The translations under genes and the position numbers were made by a program. From Longimicrobiales bacterium (GTDB taxonomy: Bacteria; Gemmatimonadota; Gemmatimonadetes; Longimicrobiales; Gaopeijiaceae), in contig CBDAON010000004.1 of the NCBI GenBank assembly GCA_965198065.1, positions 256,001 to 320,000 of the forward strand: a stretch of DNA of 64,000 nt, read 5' to 3'. The notes under the pieces are model-generated. The model was not told the DNA's origin. It was given only the letters and a program-made list of their open reading frames with translations, and ran no database searches. Shown here piece after piece: positions 33,086 to 43,035 of the stretch (position 1 is the stretch's first letter; the number at the start of each line of letters is the position of its first letter).

Positions 33086-33958
33086 GTGAAGCATACGGCC
33101 AGAGCAATCGCCATGGGTCTCCTGGCGCTATCCGCCACCGCGTTCGCGGCGGAAGCACAACAGGGGGTGACCCGCTACGTCCGGTACCAGCAGGGGCAGA
33201 CGATCTCCTGGGGAGTGCTCGACGGCCAGACGATCTTCCAGCTCTCTGACGCGCCCTACCTCGGCGGAACCAGAACGGGCCAGTCCGTCCAGGCTTCCGC
33301 GGTCACGCTCAAGGCTCCGGTCGACCCCGAGCAGATCTTCATGACCGCGTTCAACTTCCTGAGCCACATCACGGGGGACCCCGCCGATCATCCAGGTCTC
33401 TTCCTCATCCCGTCCTCGTCGATCGTCGGAAGTGGCGAGGACATGGTCCGGCCTCCCGACGCGAACAACTTCCATTACGAGGCTGAGATGGTGGCCGTAG
33501 TGGGGCGGGAGGCGGCGAACGTCTCCGTCGAGGATGCCCCCGACTACATCTTCGGTGTCTCAGCGGGAAACGACGGGAGTGAGCGGACCTGGCAGAACGT
33601 GCAGGACATCCAGTGGACCCGCGCCAAAGGGAGCAGAAGCTTCAACGCGGTGGGGCCGCACCTGGTGGCGGGCCTGAATTACCACGACCTCGACATCACG
33701 GGCAGGCTGAACGGCGAGGTGCGCCAATCCGGTAACACCTCGGACCTGCTTTACGACATGCACGAGATGCTGAGCTACATCTCCCGGTATTTCACGCTCT
33801 ATCCCGGCGACCTCATCTGGACGGGAACGATGGGCACGACCGCCGCGATGGAGCCTGGCGACGTGTACGAGGTCGAGATCGAGGGAATCGGAGTCCTGCG
33901 GAACGCCATGGTGGAGGGGACGTGGCCGGCGGGCTTGTCCCCCATCGGCCCCCCTTAA
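33086..33958 (+). CDS. fumarylacetoacetate hydrolase family protein with signal peptide
   Basis: HYEAEM, GND.SER, RAKG and GDLIWTGT motifs; N-terminal K/R plus hydrophobic core and AEA cleavage site; AGGAGG RBS. Confidence 0.88.
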   Translation: MKHTARAIAMGLLALSATAFAAEAQQGVTRYVRYQQGQTISWGVLDGQTIFQLSDAPYLGGTRTGQSVQASAVTLKAPVDPEQIFMTAFNFLSHITGDPADHPGLFLIPSSSIVGSGEDMVRPPDANNFHYEAEMVAVVGREAANVSVEDAPDYIFGVSAGNDGSERTWQNVQDIQWTRAKGSRSFNAVGPHLVAGLNYHDLDITGRLNGEVRQSGNTSDLLYDMHEMLSYISRYFTLYPGDLIWTGTMGTTAAMEPGDVYEVEIEGIGVLRNAMVEGTWPAGLSPIGPP

Positions 33959-34049
33959 GAGGGGGCCGGCCGCGGGGCTGTTCGTCGCCCGCTTTCGACC
34001 AGCTTCTCAGGATGGACCGCCACACCCCAGAACGTCCAAGGAGGCTTAG

Positions 34050-34880
34050 ATGAGTCGAGCGAGTCTAGTGACCGGGATGGTCGCGCTGGCCCTGTCGGCG
34101 GCCGCCCCTACCGGCGCCCTCCAGCAGCTTCCGCCCGATGAGCCGGGGGCGCTGGCCCGATTGAACGCCTCGCCGCGGCACGGAGAGTGGGTGACCGTAG
34201 ATACCGGAGGCGGTGACGAGGTACGGGCCTGGGTAGTGTATCCCGAGCGCTCGACCGCGGCCCCGGTGGTCGTCGTGATCCAGGAGATCTATGGGCTCAC
34301 GGACTGGATCCGCTCCGTCGCTGATCAGTTGGCCGCGGACGGGTTCATCGCGATCGCCCCCGATCTTCTGAGCGGCAAGGGCCCGGGCGGAGGTGGGAGC
34401 GACTCCGTGGACCAGCAGGGTGCCGTAGCGCTCGTTCGCGAGCTCGACACGGCGGAGGTGACCCGCCGCCTCCAGGCCGTCGCCGCCTATGGCACCGCGC
34501 TGCCTGCGGCCACGGACCGGGTGGCCTCCATCGGCTTCTGCTGGGGAGGGGGAACGAGCTTTACGCTGGCCACCCGTTGGTCGGGCCTCGACGCGGCCGT
34601 CGTGTATTACGGGACCTCACCGGCGGATGCCGACGTCGCCCGGGTCACGGCGCCGGTCCTTGGGCTCTACGGTGGTAACGACGCTCGCGTGAACGCCACG
34701 ATACCGGCTGCCCAGGCGGTCATGAACCAGCGCGGGGGCCGGTACGAGGCAAACACTTACGAGGGAGCTGGGCATGGCTTCCTGCGGCAGCAGGACGGCC
34801 AGAGCGGTGCAAACATGCGCGCCACTCAGCAGGCCTGGCCCAGGACGGTGGCCTTCCTGAGGGAGGTGCTGGAAGAGTAG
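34050..34880 (+). CDS. dienelactone hydrolase family protein, secreted
   Basis: QEIYG, APDL, GFCWGG, YYG and AGHGF motifs; signal peptide. Confidence 0.92.
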   Translation: MSRASLVTGMVALALSAAAPTGALQQLPPDEPGALARLNASPRHGEWVTVDTGGGDEVRAWVVYPERSTAAPVVVVIQEIYGLTDWIRSVADQLAADGFIAIAPDLLSGKGPGGGGSDSVDQQGAVALVRELDTAEVTRRLQAVAAYGTALPAATDRVASIGFCWGGGTSFTLATRWSGLDAAVVYYGTSPADADVARVTAPVLGLYGGNDARVNATIPAAQAVMNQRGGRYEANTYEGAGHGFLRQQDGQSGANMRATQQAWPRTVAFLREVLEE

Positions 34881-34920
34881 CCCCGCTTGGGCTCACGAAG
34901 GGTTCGGCGTAGACACGACC

Positions 34921-34961
34921 GAGGCCCGCCGGTGCAGAAGCGCCGGCGGGCCTCTTCGCTT
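34921..34961 (+). terminator. intrinsic terminator hairpin
   Basis: 15-bp stem GAGGCCCGCCGGTGC-AGAA-GCGCCGGCGGGCCTC followed by TTCGCTT. Confidence 0.6.
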
Positions 34962-35078
34962 GGGCACCTCTCGCCCAGGATCTCGGTCGGCCCGGCCGAC
35001 GCATTGAGTGCCGTCGAAACGACGAGATACCGGGCGGCAGCCGCATCCGGGCAAGCGAGTCGAAAGAGGGTCACTGCG

Positions 35079-35128
35079 TTGTCACGGCCCCGATATTCGG
35101 TGTATATTCGGGTCGGCAGAACCGAATA
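35079..35128 (+). promoter_or_regulatory. sigma70 promoter of dnaE2 with overlapping TTCGG-N6-TTCGG direct repeat
   Basis: TTGTCA (35079-84), 18 bp, TATATT (35103-08); TTCGG at 35096-100 and 35107-11; inverted copy CCGAATA at 35122-28. Confidence 0.65.
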
Positions 35129-35140
35129 CCCGATTATCCC

Positions 35141-38100
35141 ATGGCCGCGCCCACGCCTCCGTACATCGAGCTCCACACCCACTCGGGCTACTCCTTCCTG
35201 GACGGGGCCTCGCATCCCGAGGAGCTCGTCCAGCGCGCGAAGGAGCTCGGCTATCCGGCGCTCGCCCTCACCGACCACGACGGCCTCTACGGGTCCATGG
35301 AGTTCGCCAGGGCCGCGAAGGAGGAGGGCCTCCAGCCGATCACGGGAGCCGAGATCACGGTCCGGGAGTGCGGGCTTCCCGGAGAGGGCGCGGGAGGCGT
35401 GCCGGGCCCACGCACCTATGGCGCCGCCCCGCGAGCTTCCCACGCTGCCCCCCTGGCGCGCGCCGCGTCGCTCGGCACGTCCCCCGACACACCCCGTCCC
35501 ACCCCCGCCGCTTCCTCCCGACCGGACGAGCCGCCTAATCTCTTCCACCTGACTCTCCTCGCCGAGACGCCGGCGGGGTACGCGAACCTTTGTCGGGTCC
35601 TCACCGAAGCACACCGCTCGAGCCCCCGGGGCTCCCCTTCCCTCCCCCTGTCGTTTCTCCTCGAGCACGCCGAGGGGCTCGTCCTCCTCACCGGTTGCCG
35701 GCGGAGCCCCCTCCTCCGTGCGCTCAAGGATTCGACGGCGGCGGGAGAGGCATTCGCGCAACGACTCCTCGATGCGTTCGGCCCCGACCGCCTCTTCGTC
35801 GAGCTCCAGGACAACCGGGTCCGCGGGGACGCCGAGCGGATCCGCCGCCTGGCCCGCCTGGCCGACCGGCTCGGGATCCCGGTCGTGGCCACGGGGAACG
35901 TCCACTATCACCGGAAGGAGCGGCACCGTCTCCAGGATGTCCTGGCGGCGATCCGGCATCGCTCGACGCTAGACGGCTCGCACGAGCGCCGCCGCCCCAA
36001 CTCCGAGTTCCACCTCGCCTCTCCCGAGGAGATGGTACGGCGCTTCGCCTCCCGCCCCGACGCGCTCAGGAGCACGCTCCGGATCGCCGAGCGGTGTGCC
36101 GCTTTCGACCTCACGGAGGATCTGGGCTACGTCTTCCCCGACTTCGAGGGGGGCTCCGAAAAGAATGCCCACGGGAAGAACGCGATGGAGGTGCTCGCCC
36201 AGGTCACTCGCGCCCTCCTGGATGAGCACTATCCGGAGGATCCCCGGCTCGCCTATCCCGATGCGTCCCCTGCCGAGGCCGGGGAGTGGGAGGTGCTCCG
36301 GCGAAGGGCCCAGGAGCGGCGGGCGGAGGCCGAGCGCCGTCTCGAGCAGGAGCTCCGCCTGGTCGAGCACCATGGGCTCGGGGGGTTCTTCCTCGTTTAC
36401 CGGGACATCATGGAGCTCGCAAAGGTGGTGGCCGCCCGGGCGCGGCCGAGGCTCCTCCGTCTCTTCGATCATCTGCTACCTGATCGGCCTCTCCCACGTG
36501 GATCCGGTCGAGGCAAACCTCTTCCTAGGCCGCTTCCTAAACGAGGCCGTGGGCTCGGTCCCGGACATCGACCTCGACTTTCCCCGGGACATCCGGGAGG
36601 AGCTGATCCTCGCTGTCTACGAGAAGTACGGCCACGACCACACGGGGGCTCGTGTGCATCTTCCCGACCTACCGGCTCCGCTCCTCCGTGCGGGAGGTGG
36701 GAAAGGCGCTGGACCTCCCCGCGGGAGACCTCGATAAGGTCGCGAAGCTGGCCGAGCACCGCTCTACTGAGGGGCTCCGGGGGGATCTCGCCACGATCCC
36801 CGAGTTCAAGGACAAGCTCGACACCCACCCCTGGAAGCTCTTCCTCGAACGGGTGGACGAGATCGGGGGGCTTCCCCGCCACATCTCCCAGCACGTGGGG
36901 GGGATGATCATCTCGAGCCGGCCACTCATCGAGATCGTCCCGCTCGAGCCCGCCGCCATGGAGGGGCGCTTCCTCTGCCAGTGGGACAAGGACTCCTGCG
37001 ACGACGCGGGCTTCATCAAGATCGACTTTCTCGCCCTCGGGATGCTCTCCCTCGTCGAGGAAGCCGTGGACCTGATCGCGGAGCGGAGCCCGACGGGTCG
37101 CGCCCCCGACCTTTCCCGGATCGATCTGAACGATCCGGCCGTGTACCGGCGGATCCAGGAGGGGGACACGGTCGGGCTCTTTCAGGTGGAAAGCCGAGCT
37201 CAGATCCAGATGCTCCGCCGCACCCTCCCCTCGAACATCCCCGAGCTCGCGGTCCAGGTCGCGATCGTCCGCCCCGGCCCGATCGTGGGGGGCGCGGTGA
37301 ACCCGTACGTCCGCTGCCGGGAAGCCCAACGCGCAGACCCGAATTACCGGATCCCGTACGATCACCCCCTCCTCGAGGAGGCGCTCGAGGAGACGCTCGG
37401 CGTCATCATCTTCCAGGACCAGGTTCTCCAGGTCTGCCGCGCGCTCGCCGGGTTCACGGACGGGCAGGCCGAGTCGCTCCGCCGGGCCATGAGCCGGAAG
37501 CGCTCGATGGGGGCCATGCAGGGTCACTGGGAGGCGTTTCGGCAGGGCGCGGCCGCGAAAGGAGTCGACGAGGAGACGGCGAAGACCGTCTTCCGCCAGG
37601 TCGTCGCGTTCTCCGAGTTCGGCTTCCCCAAGTCGCACGCGGCCGCCTTTGGGCTTCTCGCGTACCAGTCCGCGTGGCTCCGGCACTACTTCCCGACCGA
37701 GTACTACGTTGGGCTCTTCAACAACCAGCCCATGGGGTTCTACTCGCTAGACGCGCTCGCCCGGGACGCCAAGCGGAACGGGATCCGGATCCTGCTCCCC
37801 GACGTGAACCGGAGCGGAGTGCGCTCGACGGCCGAGGGGAGGGACCTCCGGGTCGGGCTCGGGTTCGTCCGGGGTTGGGGGGAGGAGATCGCCGAGCGGG
37901 TCGTGGAGGAGAGGGATCGGAACGGCCCTTTTCGCACGCTCGTGGACTTCCTGCGCCGCACCCCCACCGCGCTCCGCCGCCCTTCCGTCGAGAACCTGAT
38001 CTGGGTGGGAGGGCTAAACGGGCTCGGGCTCACGAGGCGAGAACTCCTCTGGCAGACCGGGCTATGGCTCGGCCCCGACGAGGAGCGCACCCGCGCCCGG

Positions 38101-38732
38101 GGGCGCTCGGACGACCCCCAGATCCCGATCGCGATCCCGGACCCCGACGCGGACCGGCCCTTCGGGGAGCTCCGGGACACGGACCGGATGGTGGCCGAGT
38201 ACCGGATGCTCCGCTTCTCGACCGACCTCCACCCCCTGTACCTCGTCCGGGACCGGCTCGCCCCGGGCACGATCTCGTCGGAGCGGCTGGCTGATCTTCC
38301 CCAGGGGACGATCGTCACGCTCGCGGGGGTCGTGATCGCCCGCCAGCGCCCCCAGACGGCCAAGGGCTATGTATTTATCCTGATGGAAGATGAGTTCGGT
38401 CATATCAACACGATCGTGAAGGCTAAAGTCTACGAGAAGTGCCGTGCGGCTGTCCGGATGGAGCCGTTCCTCTCAGTCAAGGGGAGGCTGCAGCGGGATG
38501 GCGCGGTCCTGAACGTAATCGCCCTCGAGGTGACCGCGCTCGAGATGCACGGGAGGCCGGGAGCGGCGCGCCGGGTGCTACGGCCGAAGGGGCAAAGCGG
38601 CACGGCCGGTGACGGGGGGGGGACCTCCCGAGCCCGCTCGCCCCAGGCCCCGACGACGCGTACAGCCGGAAGCCCTTCGCTTACCTCACTGCCCTCCGTC
38701 AGAGCCCACCCGACGTGAAGAGCTTCGGGTGA
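35141..38732 (+). pseudogene. dnaE2: error-prone DNA polymerase DnaE2, with three frame breaks
   Basis: PHP HTHS..SFLDG and TDH, GRGSS, PDIDLDF, HVGG, QWDKD, GFPKSHA, NNQPMGFY and RQRP.TAKG; frames switch at ~36435, ~36645 and ~38665; alternative tail PPDVKSFG* ends at 38732. Confidence 0.88.
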
Positions 38733-38881
38733 GCCTCCGAGCTCGCCAGGCGCGCACTCCGCCGGGAATCGCATCATTGCTGCCCCGCAATCTCCGAGCT
38801 ACGTTCGACGCCCAGCCTGCTAGCTCCTTCCACGCGAGCGAGTTCGGCGAAGACTGTCGGACGACAATCCCGAACACTCCC

Positions 38882-39649
38882 ATGAAGAAATCGTACGGGA
38901 CGGACATCGGCAGGCCGTCACGTAGGGAGTTTCTCCAAAGCGCGGCTGCGGCCGCGGCGGGACTCGCCTTCGCGCCCGTGCTCTCCCCGGAACGCTTCGC
39001 CGGCGCCCGGGCGGCGCCCCAATCCATGAGGATCGGCATCATCGGAGCGGGGCGGATCGGGGGAGCGGTTGGGCTCAAGTGGGCCGAGGCTGGACACGAT
39101 ATCCTCTTCTCCTCCCGGAACCCCGGAGAGCTGACACCTCTGGTGGAACGGGGCGGCCCGAGGACCCGTGCGGGATTCCCGAGCGAGGCGGCGGAGTTCG
39201 GCGACCTGGTCTTCGTCGCCGTGCCCTTCGACGCGCTCCCCCAGGTGGGCCGCGACCACTCCCCTCTGATGCAGGGGAAGGTGGTGATCGGCTGCAGTAA
39301 TCCCTCCCAGAACAACGGTGGACCGCTGGCGGAGGACGCGCTGGCCAGGGGTTCCGGCGTCGTCTCCGCGGAGCTCTTCCCGGGAGTTCGGCTCGTGCGC
39401 GCCTTCAACGCGATCAACTACCGATCCGTTGAAAGTGAAGCCCACCGCCCCGGAGAGAAGGTGGGGATTCCCATCGCGGGTGACGACGATGAGGTGGTTC
39501 GGATCACCGCGGGCCTCGTCGTGGACGCCGGCTTCGACGCGGTCGTGGTCGGGCCCCTGGAGCGAGCGCGGGACTTCGATCCCGGCACCCCGGTGTTCGT
39601 GACGAACATGACCGCGGCGGAGCTACGGGTGGCTCTGGGACTCATGTAG
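38882..39649 (+). CDS. Tat-signal NAD(P)-binding oxidoreductase (F420-dependent NADP reductase-like)
   Basis: SRREFL twin-arginine motif; IGAGRIG, AVP, V.AFN and GDD motifs. Confidence 0.85.
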   Translation: MKKSYGTDIGRPSRREFLQSAAAAAAGLAFAPVLSPERFAGARAAPQSMRIGIIGAGRIGGAVGLKWAEAGHDILFSSRNPGELTPLVERGGPRTRAGFPSEAAEFGDLVFVAVPFDALPQVGRDHSPLMQGKVVIGCSNPSQNNGGPLAEDALARGSGVVSAELFPGVRLVRAFNAINYRSVESEAHRPGEKVGIPIAGDDDEVVRITAGLVVDAGFDAVVVGPLERARDFDPGTPVFVTNMTAAELRVALGLM

Positions 39650-39769
39650 ACGTCACAGGAGCTTGGGATGGAATACGTATACCTGGAGGCTCCGGGCGGA
39701 TCGCACGCGAGCGCCGGCCGTGAGAACATCGACAAGGTCTTCGCCTTCCTTAAACGAGCACCGAAACTA

Positions 39770-40847
39770 ATGCCACACTTACACGATCGATCGAACCCGA
39801 TCTCTCGGCGCGAGGTGCTCCGCCTCCTCGGCGGAGCCGCCGGCATCGGAGTGTTGGAAGGTTGCAGAGCATTCAGCGCCGGGGAGTCGAGCGCGGGCTC
39901 CGGCTTGGCCGGGGTGCCGGACGACGCGATGGTCCGAACTCTGCTCGGAGACATCACGCCCGGGGCCATTCGCGGGGCGACGCTCTTCCACGAGCACCTG
40001 TCGATCCGGCTCAATCCCGATCGCCCCTCGGCAACGGACGACGTCGACAACGTGATTCGCGAAGTCCTGATCGCGGCCGAGGAGGGAGTCGGCTGCATCG
40101 TGGACGGAGGCCATCCGGACATGCGGCGGGATCTCGCCGCTGTACGGCGGGTCGCGGTCGAGACCGGCGTCCACGTCGTGGCGTCGGGCGGCTACTACAT
40201 GGAGCGCTACTACCCGCCCGAGATCGCGACCTCGAGCGAGGATCTGATCGCCGAGGAGCTGGTCGCCGAGGCCTCGCGAGACCGCTTGGGTGCCTTTGGC
40301 GAGTATCGGCCAGAACTCCAACGCCGCCGAGATGACTCCCGACGAACGGAAGGTGTTTCGCGCGGTTGGGAAGGCCCACGTAGCCACGGGAATCCCGGTC
40401 TTCACGCACAACGCGTATGGGACCGGAGAGAACGTGCGGCCGGACGCCGGGCTCACGCAGCTGGACGTCCTCGAGTCCGTGGGCGTTCCGCCGGAGCACA
40501 TCGTCATCGGGCACGCATGTTGCCTCGACGATCCCTCGGCGAGCGTGCTGATCCGCATCGCTGAGAGGGGCGCCTTCGTCGGATTCGATCGGGTCACGGG
40601 CGGGCGGGTGGACGACGCCCAGAAGGTCGTGACGATCCTGGCGTTCCTCGAGGCCGGACATGCCGACAAGCTCCTGATCTCGTCGGACTTCACGGGCCGG
40701 CGCTCCGAGGAGCGCCCCGGCTACGTAAACCCCATCACGGTCTTCGCGCCGCTCCTTCGGGAGGCCGGGGTCGATCCCAGCGTGCTGGACGCCATTCAGC
40801 GCGACAACCCGCGCCGCTTCCTCACGTTCGTGCCTCGCGTCGCCTAG
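39770..40847 (+). pseudogene. Tat-signal phosphotriesterase-family (PTE/PHP) amidohydrolase, frameshifted at ~40304
   Basis: SRREVL Tat motif; HEH, GE(I)G, FTH, IGH, SSD and NPRRF motifs; one extra T in GAG-T-ATC splits the frames. Confidence 0.82.
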
Positions 40848-40934
40848 ACGCTCCCGGTTCGGGTCCCGGACGGGGCCTCAGCCGGATCGCGGCGTCCGGA
40901 GCCAGGATCCGGCCGCTGTTGTAGAGCGACCGAG

Positions 40935-41414
40935 CTACGGAGCCGTCACCGAGATGTCGACCGTATCCGTCACGGGTGGATCGAGCGGGATGTGCATTCC
41001 GTCCGCCACCACCGCGATCAAACGATGGGGCCCCGGGGCGAGTCCCTCCACCATGTGCTCGGTCTGCGCCATCCCGAGGTGGATGATCCCCGGCTGTCCC
41101 GCCGGGATCACCTGTCCCGCCGGCGTGGGGTCCACGTCCACGAAGAGGTGGTGATGTCCCGTGCCGGGGTCCGGGGTCCCGGCCGGCGCGATCCTCAGGT
41201 TCGTGACGCCGTAGACCACCTGTAGGTTCGGGCCGGTGACCGCCGCCCCGTTCATCGGCTGCACTATGGTAACCGTGGCTCTCGGCGGCTCCAGCGTCGG
41301 GGTCGCCACCGGAGCCTGGGCCGGCGCTTCCCCCGTCTCCTGAGGCTGGTCCGCACACCCAGCGAGGGCGACGAGCCCGAGCAGCGGCAGCCACGACCTG
41401 AGAATGTTCACCAT
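40935..41414 (-). CDS. DUF4399-type lipoprotein
   Basis: Lipobox LAGC; PAG...TGHHHL.VD, IHLG..QTE, L.PG.H.L and ADG.H pattern. Confidence 0.8.
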   Translation of the reverse strand: MVNILRSWLPLLGLVALAGCADQPQETGEAPAQAPVATPTLEPPRATVTIVQPMNGAAVTGPNLQVVYGVTNLRIAPAGTPDPGTGHHHLFVDVDPTPAGQVIPAGQPGIIHLGMAQTEHMVEGLAPGPHRLIAVVADGMHIPLDPPVTDTVDISVTAP

Positions 41415-41492
41415 GTCTCGCTCTCACTGTTGGGTCGAATGTTGGGTCAAAGGCCGATCGAGGGTGACGACGGGGAGGCTCCCCCCCCGTGG

Positions 41493-41612
41493 AAAGATAC
41501 TATGCGGTCGCTTTTCCACGGGCAAACGCCGCGAAATCGCTTCCGGACGGACAAAGATACTATGCGGTCGCTTTTCCACGGGCAAACGCCGCGAAATCGC
41601 TTCCGGACGGAC
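41493..41612. repeat. perfect 60-bp tandem duplication covering the mscS 3' end
   Basis: 41493-41552 identical to 41553-41612. Confidence 0.97.
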
Positions 41613-42825
41613 TCTGGAAGACCCCGAGGTCGAACTGGGGGACCATCGTGAGGACGTGGTCGAAAACGTCGCCCTGGATCCCCTCGTACTCGATCCAGCG
41701 AGTGTCCGACACGAACACGTAGATCTCGATCGGAAGCCCGTTAGGCCCGGGGGCGAGCTGGCGGACTAGCAGGGTCGAGTCCTTCCTTAGATCGGGGTGT
41801 CGCCGAAGGTACTCGACCAGGTACGCCCGGAGCACGCCGACGTTCGTCAGTCGGCGACGGGCCGGCACCCGGACCCCGTCCGCCGGCTGGTGAGCCCGGT
41901 TGTGGGCCTCGATCTCGACCCGCTTCCGCGCCACGTACTCCCGGAGGAGCTCCCACTCGCCGAAGCGATCCACCTCGTCGTCCGTGAGGAATCGGATCGT
42001 CCCCTGATCGATGTTGAACGCGCGCTTGATCCGTCGTCCCCCCGACTCCTCCATCCCCCGCCAGTTCCGGAAGGAATGCTCCAGGAACTTGTGGGTCGGG
42101 ATCACCGTGAACGTGTTGTCGAAGTTCTGGACCTTCACGAAGTTGAGCGCGATGTCGACCACGTCCCCGTCCGCGTCGAACTGCGGCATCTCGATCCAGT
42201 CCCCCACGCGGATCAGGTCGTTCGTCGTGATCTGGATCCCAGCGACCAACGAGAGGAGGGAATCCCGAAACACGAGGAGGAGAACCGCGGCGAACGCGCC
42301 CATCCCGCCCAGGAAGAAGAGGGGATCCTCGGACATGAGCGCGGCGATGACGAGGACCAGGCCGGCCAGGTGGGCGAGGATGTTCGCGACCTGGAGGAAG
42401 CCCTTGATCGGACGCTCCTTCGCGCGAGGGAGCCCCGAGTAGATCTGATGGAATCCGTCGAGGACGGCGGAGAAAGCGCGCACCAGGACGACGATGAGAG
42501 TCGCGAGGAGCACCCTCCGGACCAGGTCGACGAGATCCGTCGGCACGCCCGGCACGAGGAGAGCGCCGTAATACCAGAACACCAGCGGTACTGCCCAGGC
42601 GAGACGCTGGGGCAGGCGCGCCTGAAGGAACGCGTCGTCCCAGCGGGTCGAGCTCCGCTTGGCGATCCGCTGGATCAGCTGGAGGACGTAAAAGCGGAAC
42701 AGCCGATGGAGCGCCTCGCCCAGCACGGCCACACCTGCCGCCACGGTGAGTGCGCCAAAAATGGGGTTGCCCTGGAGCCAGCCCTCGATGGGAGCCAGGA
42801 GACGGTTGATCTGCGACTGGATCAC
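41560..42825 (-). CDS. mechanosensitive channel MscS family (YbdG-like)
   Basis: GDWIEMP..ADG.V.DI, VKVQNFD.T, NWRGM..SGGRRIKR, TN.G and E.IQ.D.FDH motifs. Confidence 0.93.
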   Translation of the reverse strand: MIQSQINRLLAPIEGWLQGNPIFGALTVAAGVAVLGEALHRLFRFYVLQLIQRIAKRSSTRWDDAFLQARLPQRLAWAVPLVFWYYGALLVPGVPTDLVDLVRRVLLATLIVVLVRAFSAVLDGFHQIYSGLPRAKERPIKGFLQVANILAHLAGLVLVIAALMSEDPLFFLGGMGAFAAVLLLVFRDSLLSLVAGIQITTNDLIRVGDWIEMPQFDADGDVVDIALNFVKVQNFDNTFTVIPTHKFLEHSFRNWRGMEESGGRRIKRAFNIDQGTIRFLTDDEVDRFGEWELLREYVARKRVEIEAHNRAHQPADGVRVPARRRLTNVGVLRAYLVEYLRRHPDLRKDSTLLVRQLAPGPNGLPIEIYVFVSDTRWIEYEGIQGDVFDHVLTMVPQFDLGVFQSPSGSDFAAFARGKATA

Positions 42826-42923
42826 GGGTCTGAGCCCTCAGGTCCGGGCACCGCAGCGGCGCGCGGGCCACGGTGTGAACGGAGCGACGACGAGCCACCG
42901 GGCGCGCGAGGAACGTACACTTC

Positions 42924-42977
42924 CTGGATTCCGACGAAAACCACCCGCCACTGGATTCCGACGAAAACCACCCGCCA
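42924..42977. repeat. perfect 27-bp tandem duplication
   Basis: CTGGATTCCGACGAAAACCACCCGCCA x2. Confidence 0.95.
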
Positions 42978-42980
42978 AAG

Positions 42981-43016
42981 GAAGCGGCCGCCGGCTCGTA
43001 AGCCAGCGGCCGCTTC
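42981..43016 (-). terminator. terminator-like hairpin
   Basis: GAAGCGGCCGC...GCGGCCGCTTC stem about 20 bp after the stop at 43036. Confidence 0.6.
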
Positions 43017-43035
43017 TACGTTCGAACCTTCGCGG

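Noticed and set aside
41493..42977. Tandem repeats as a CRISPR array
   Set aside because: Only two adjacent copies each, no spacers and no cas genes
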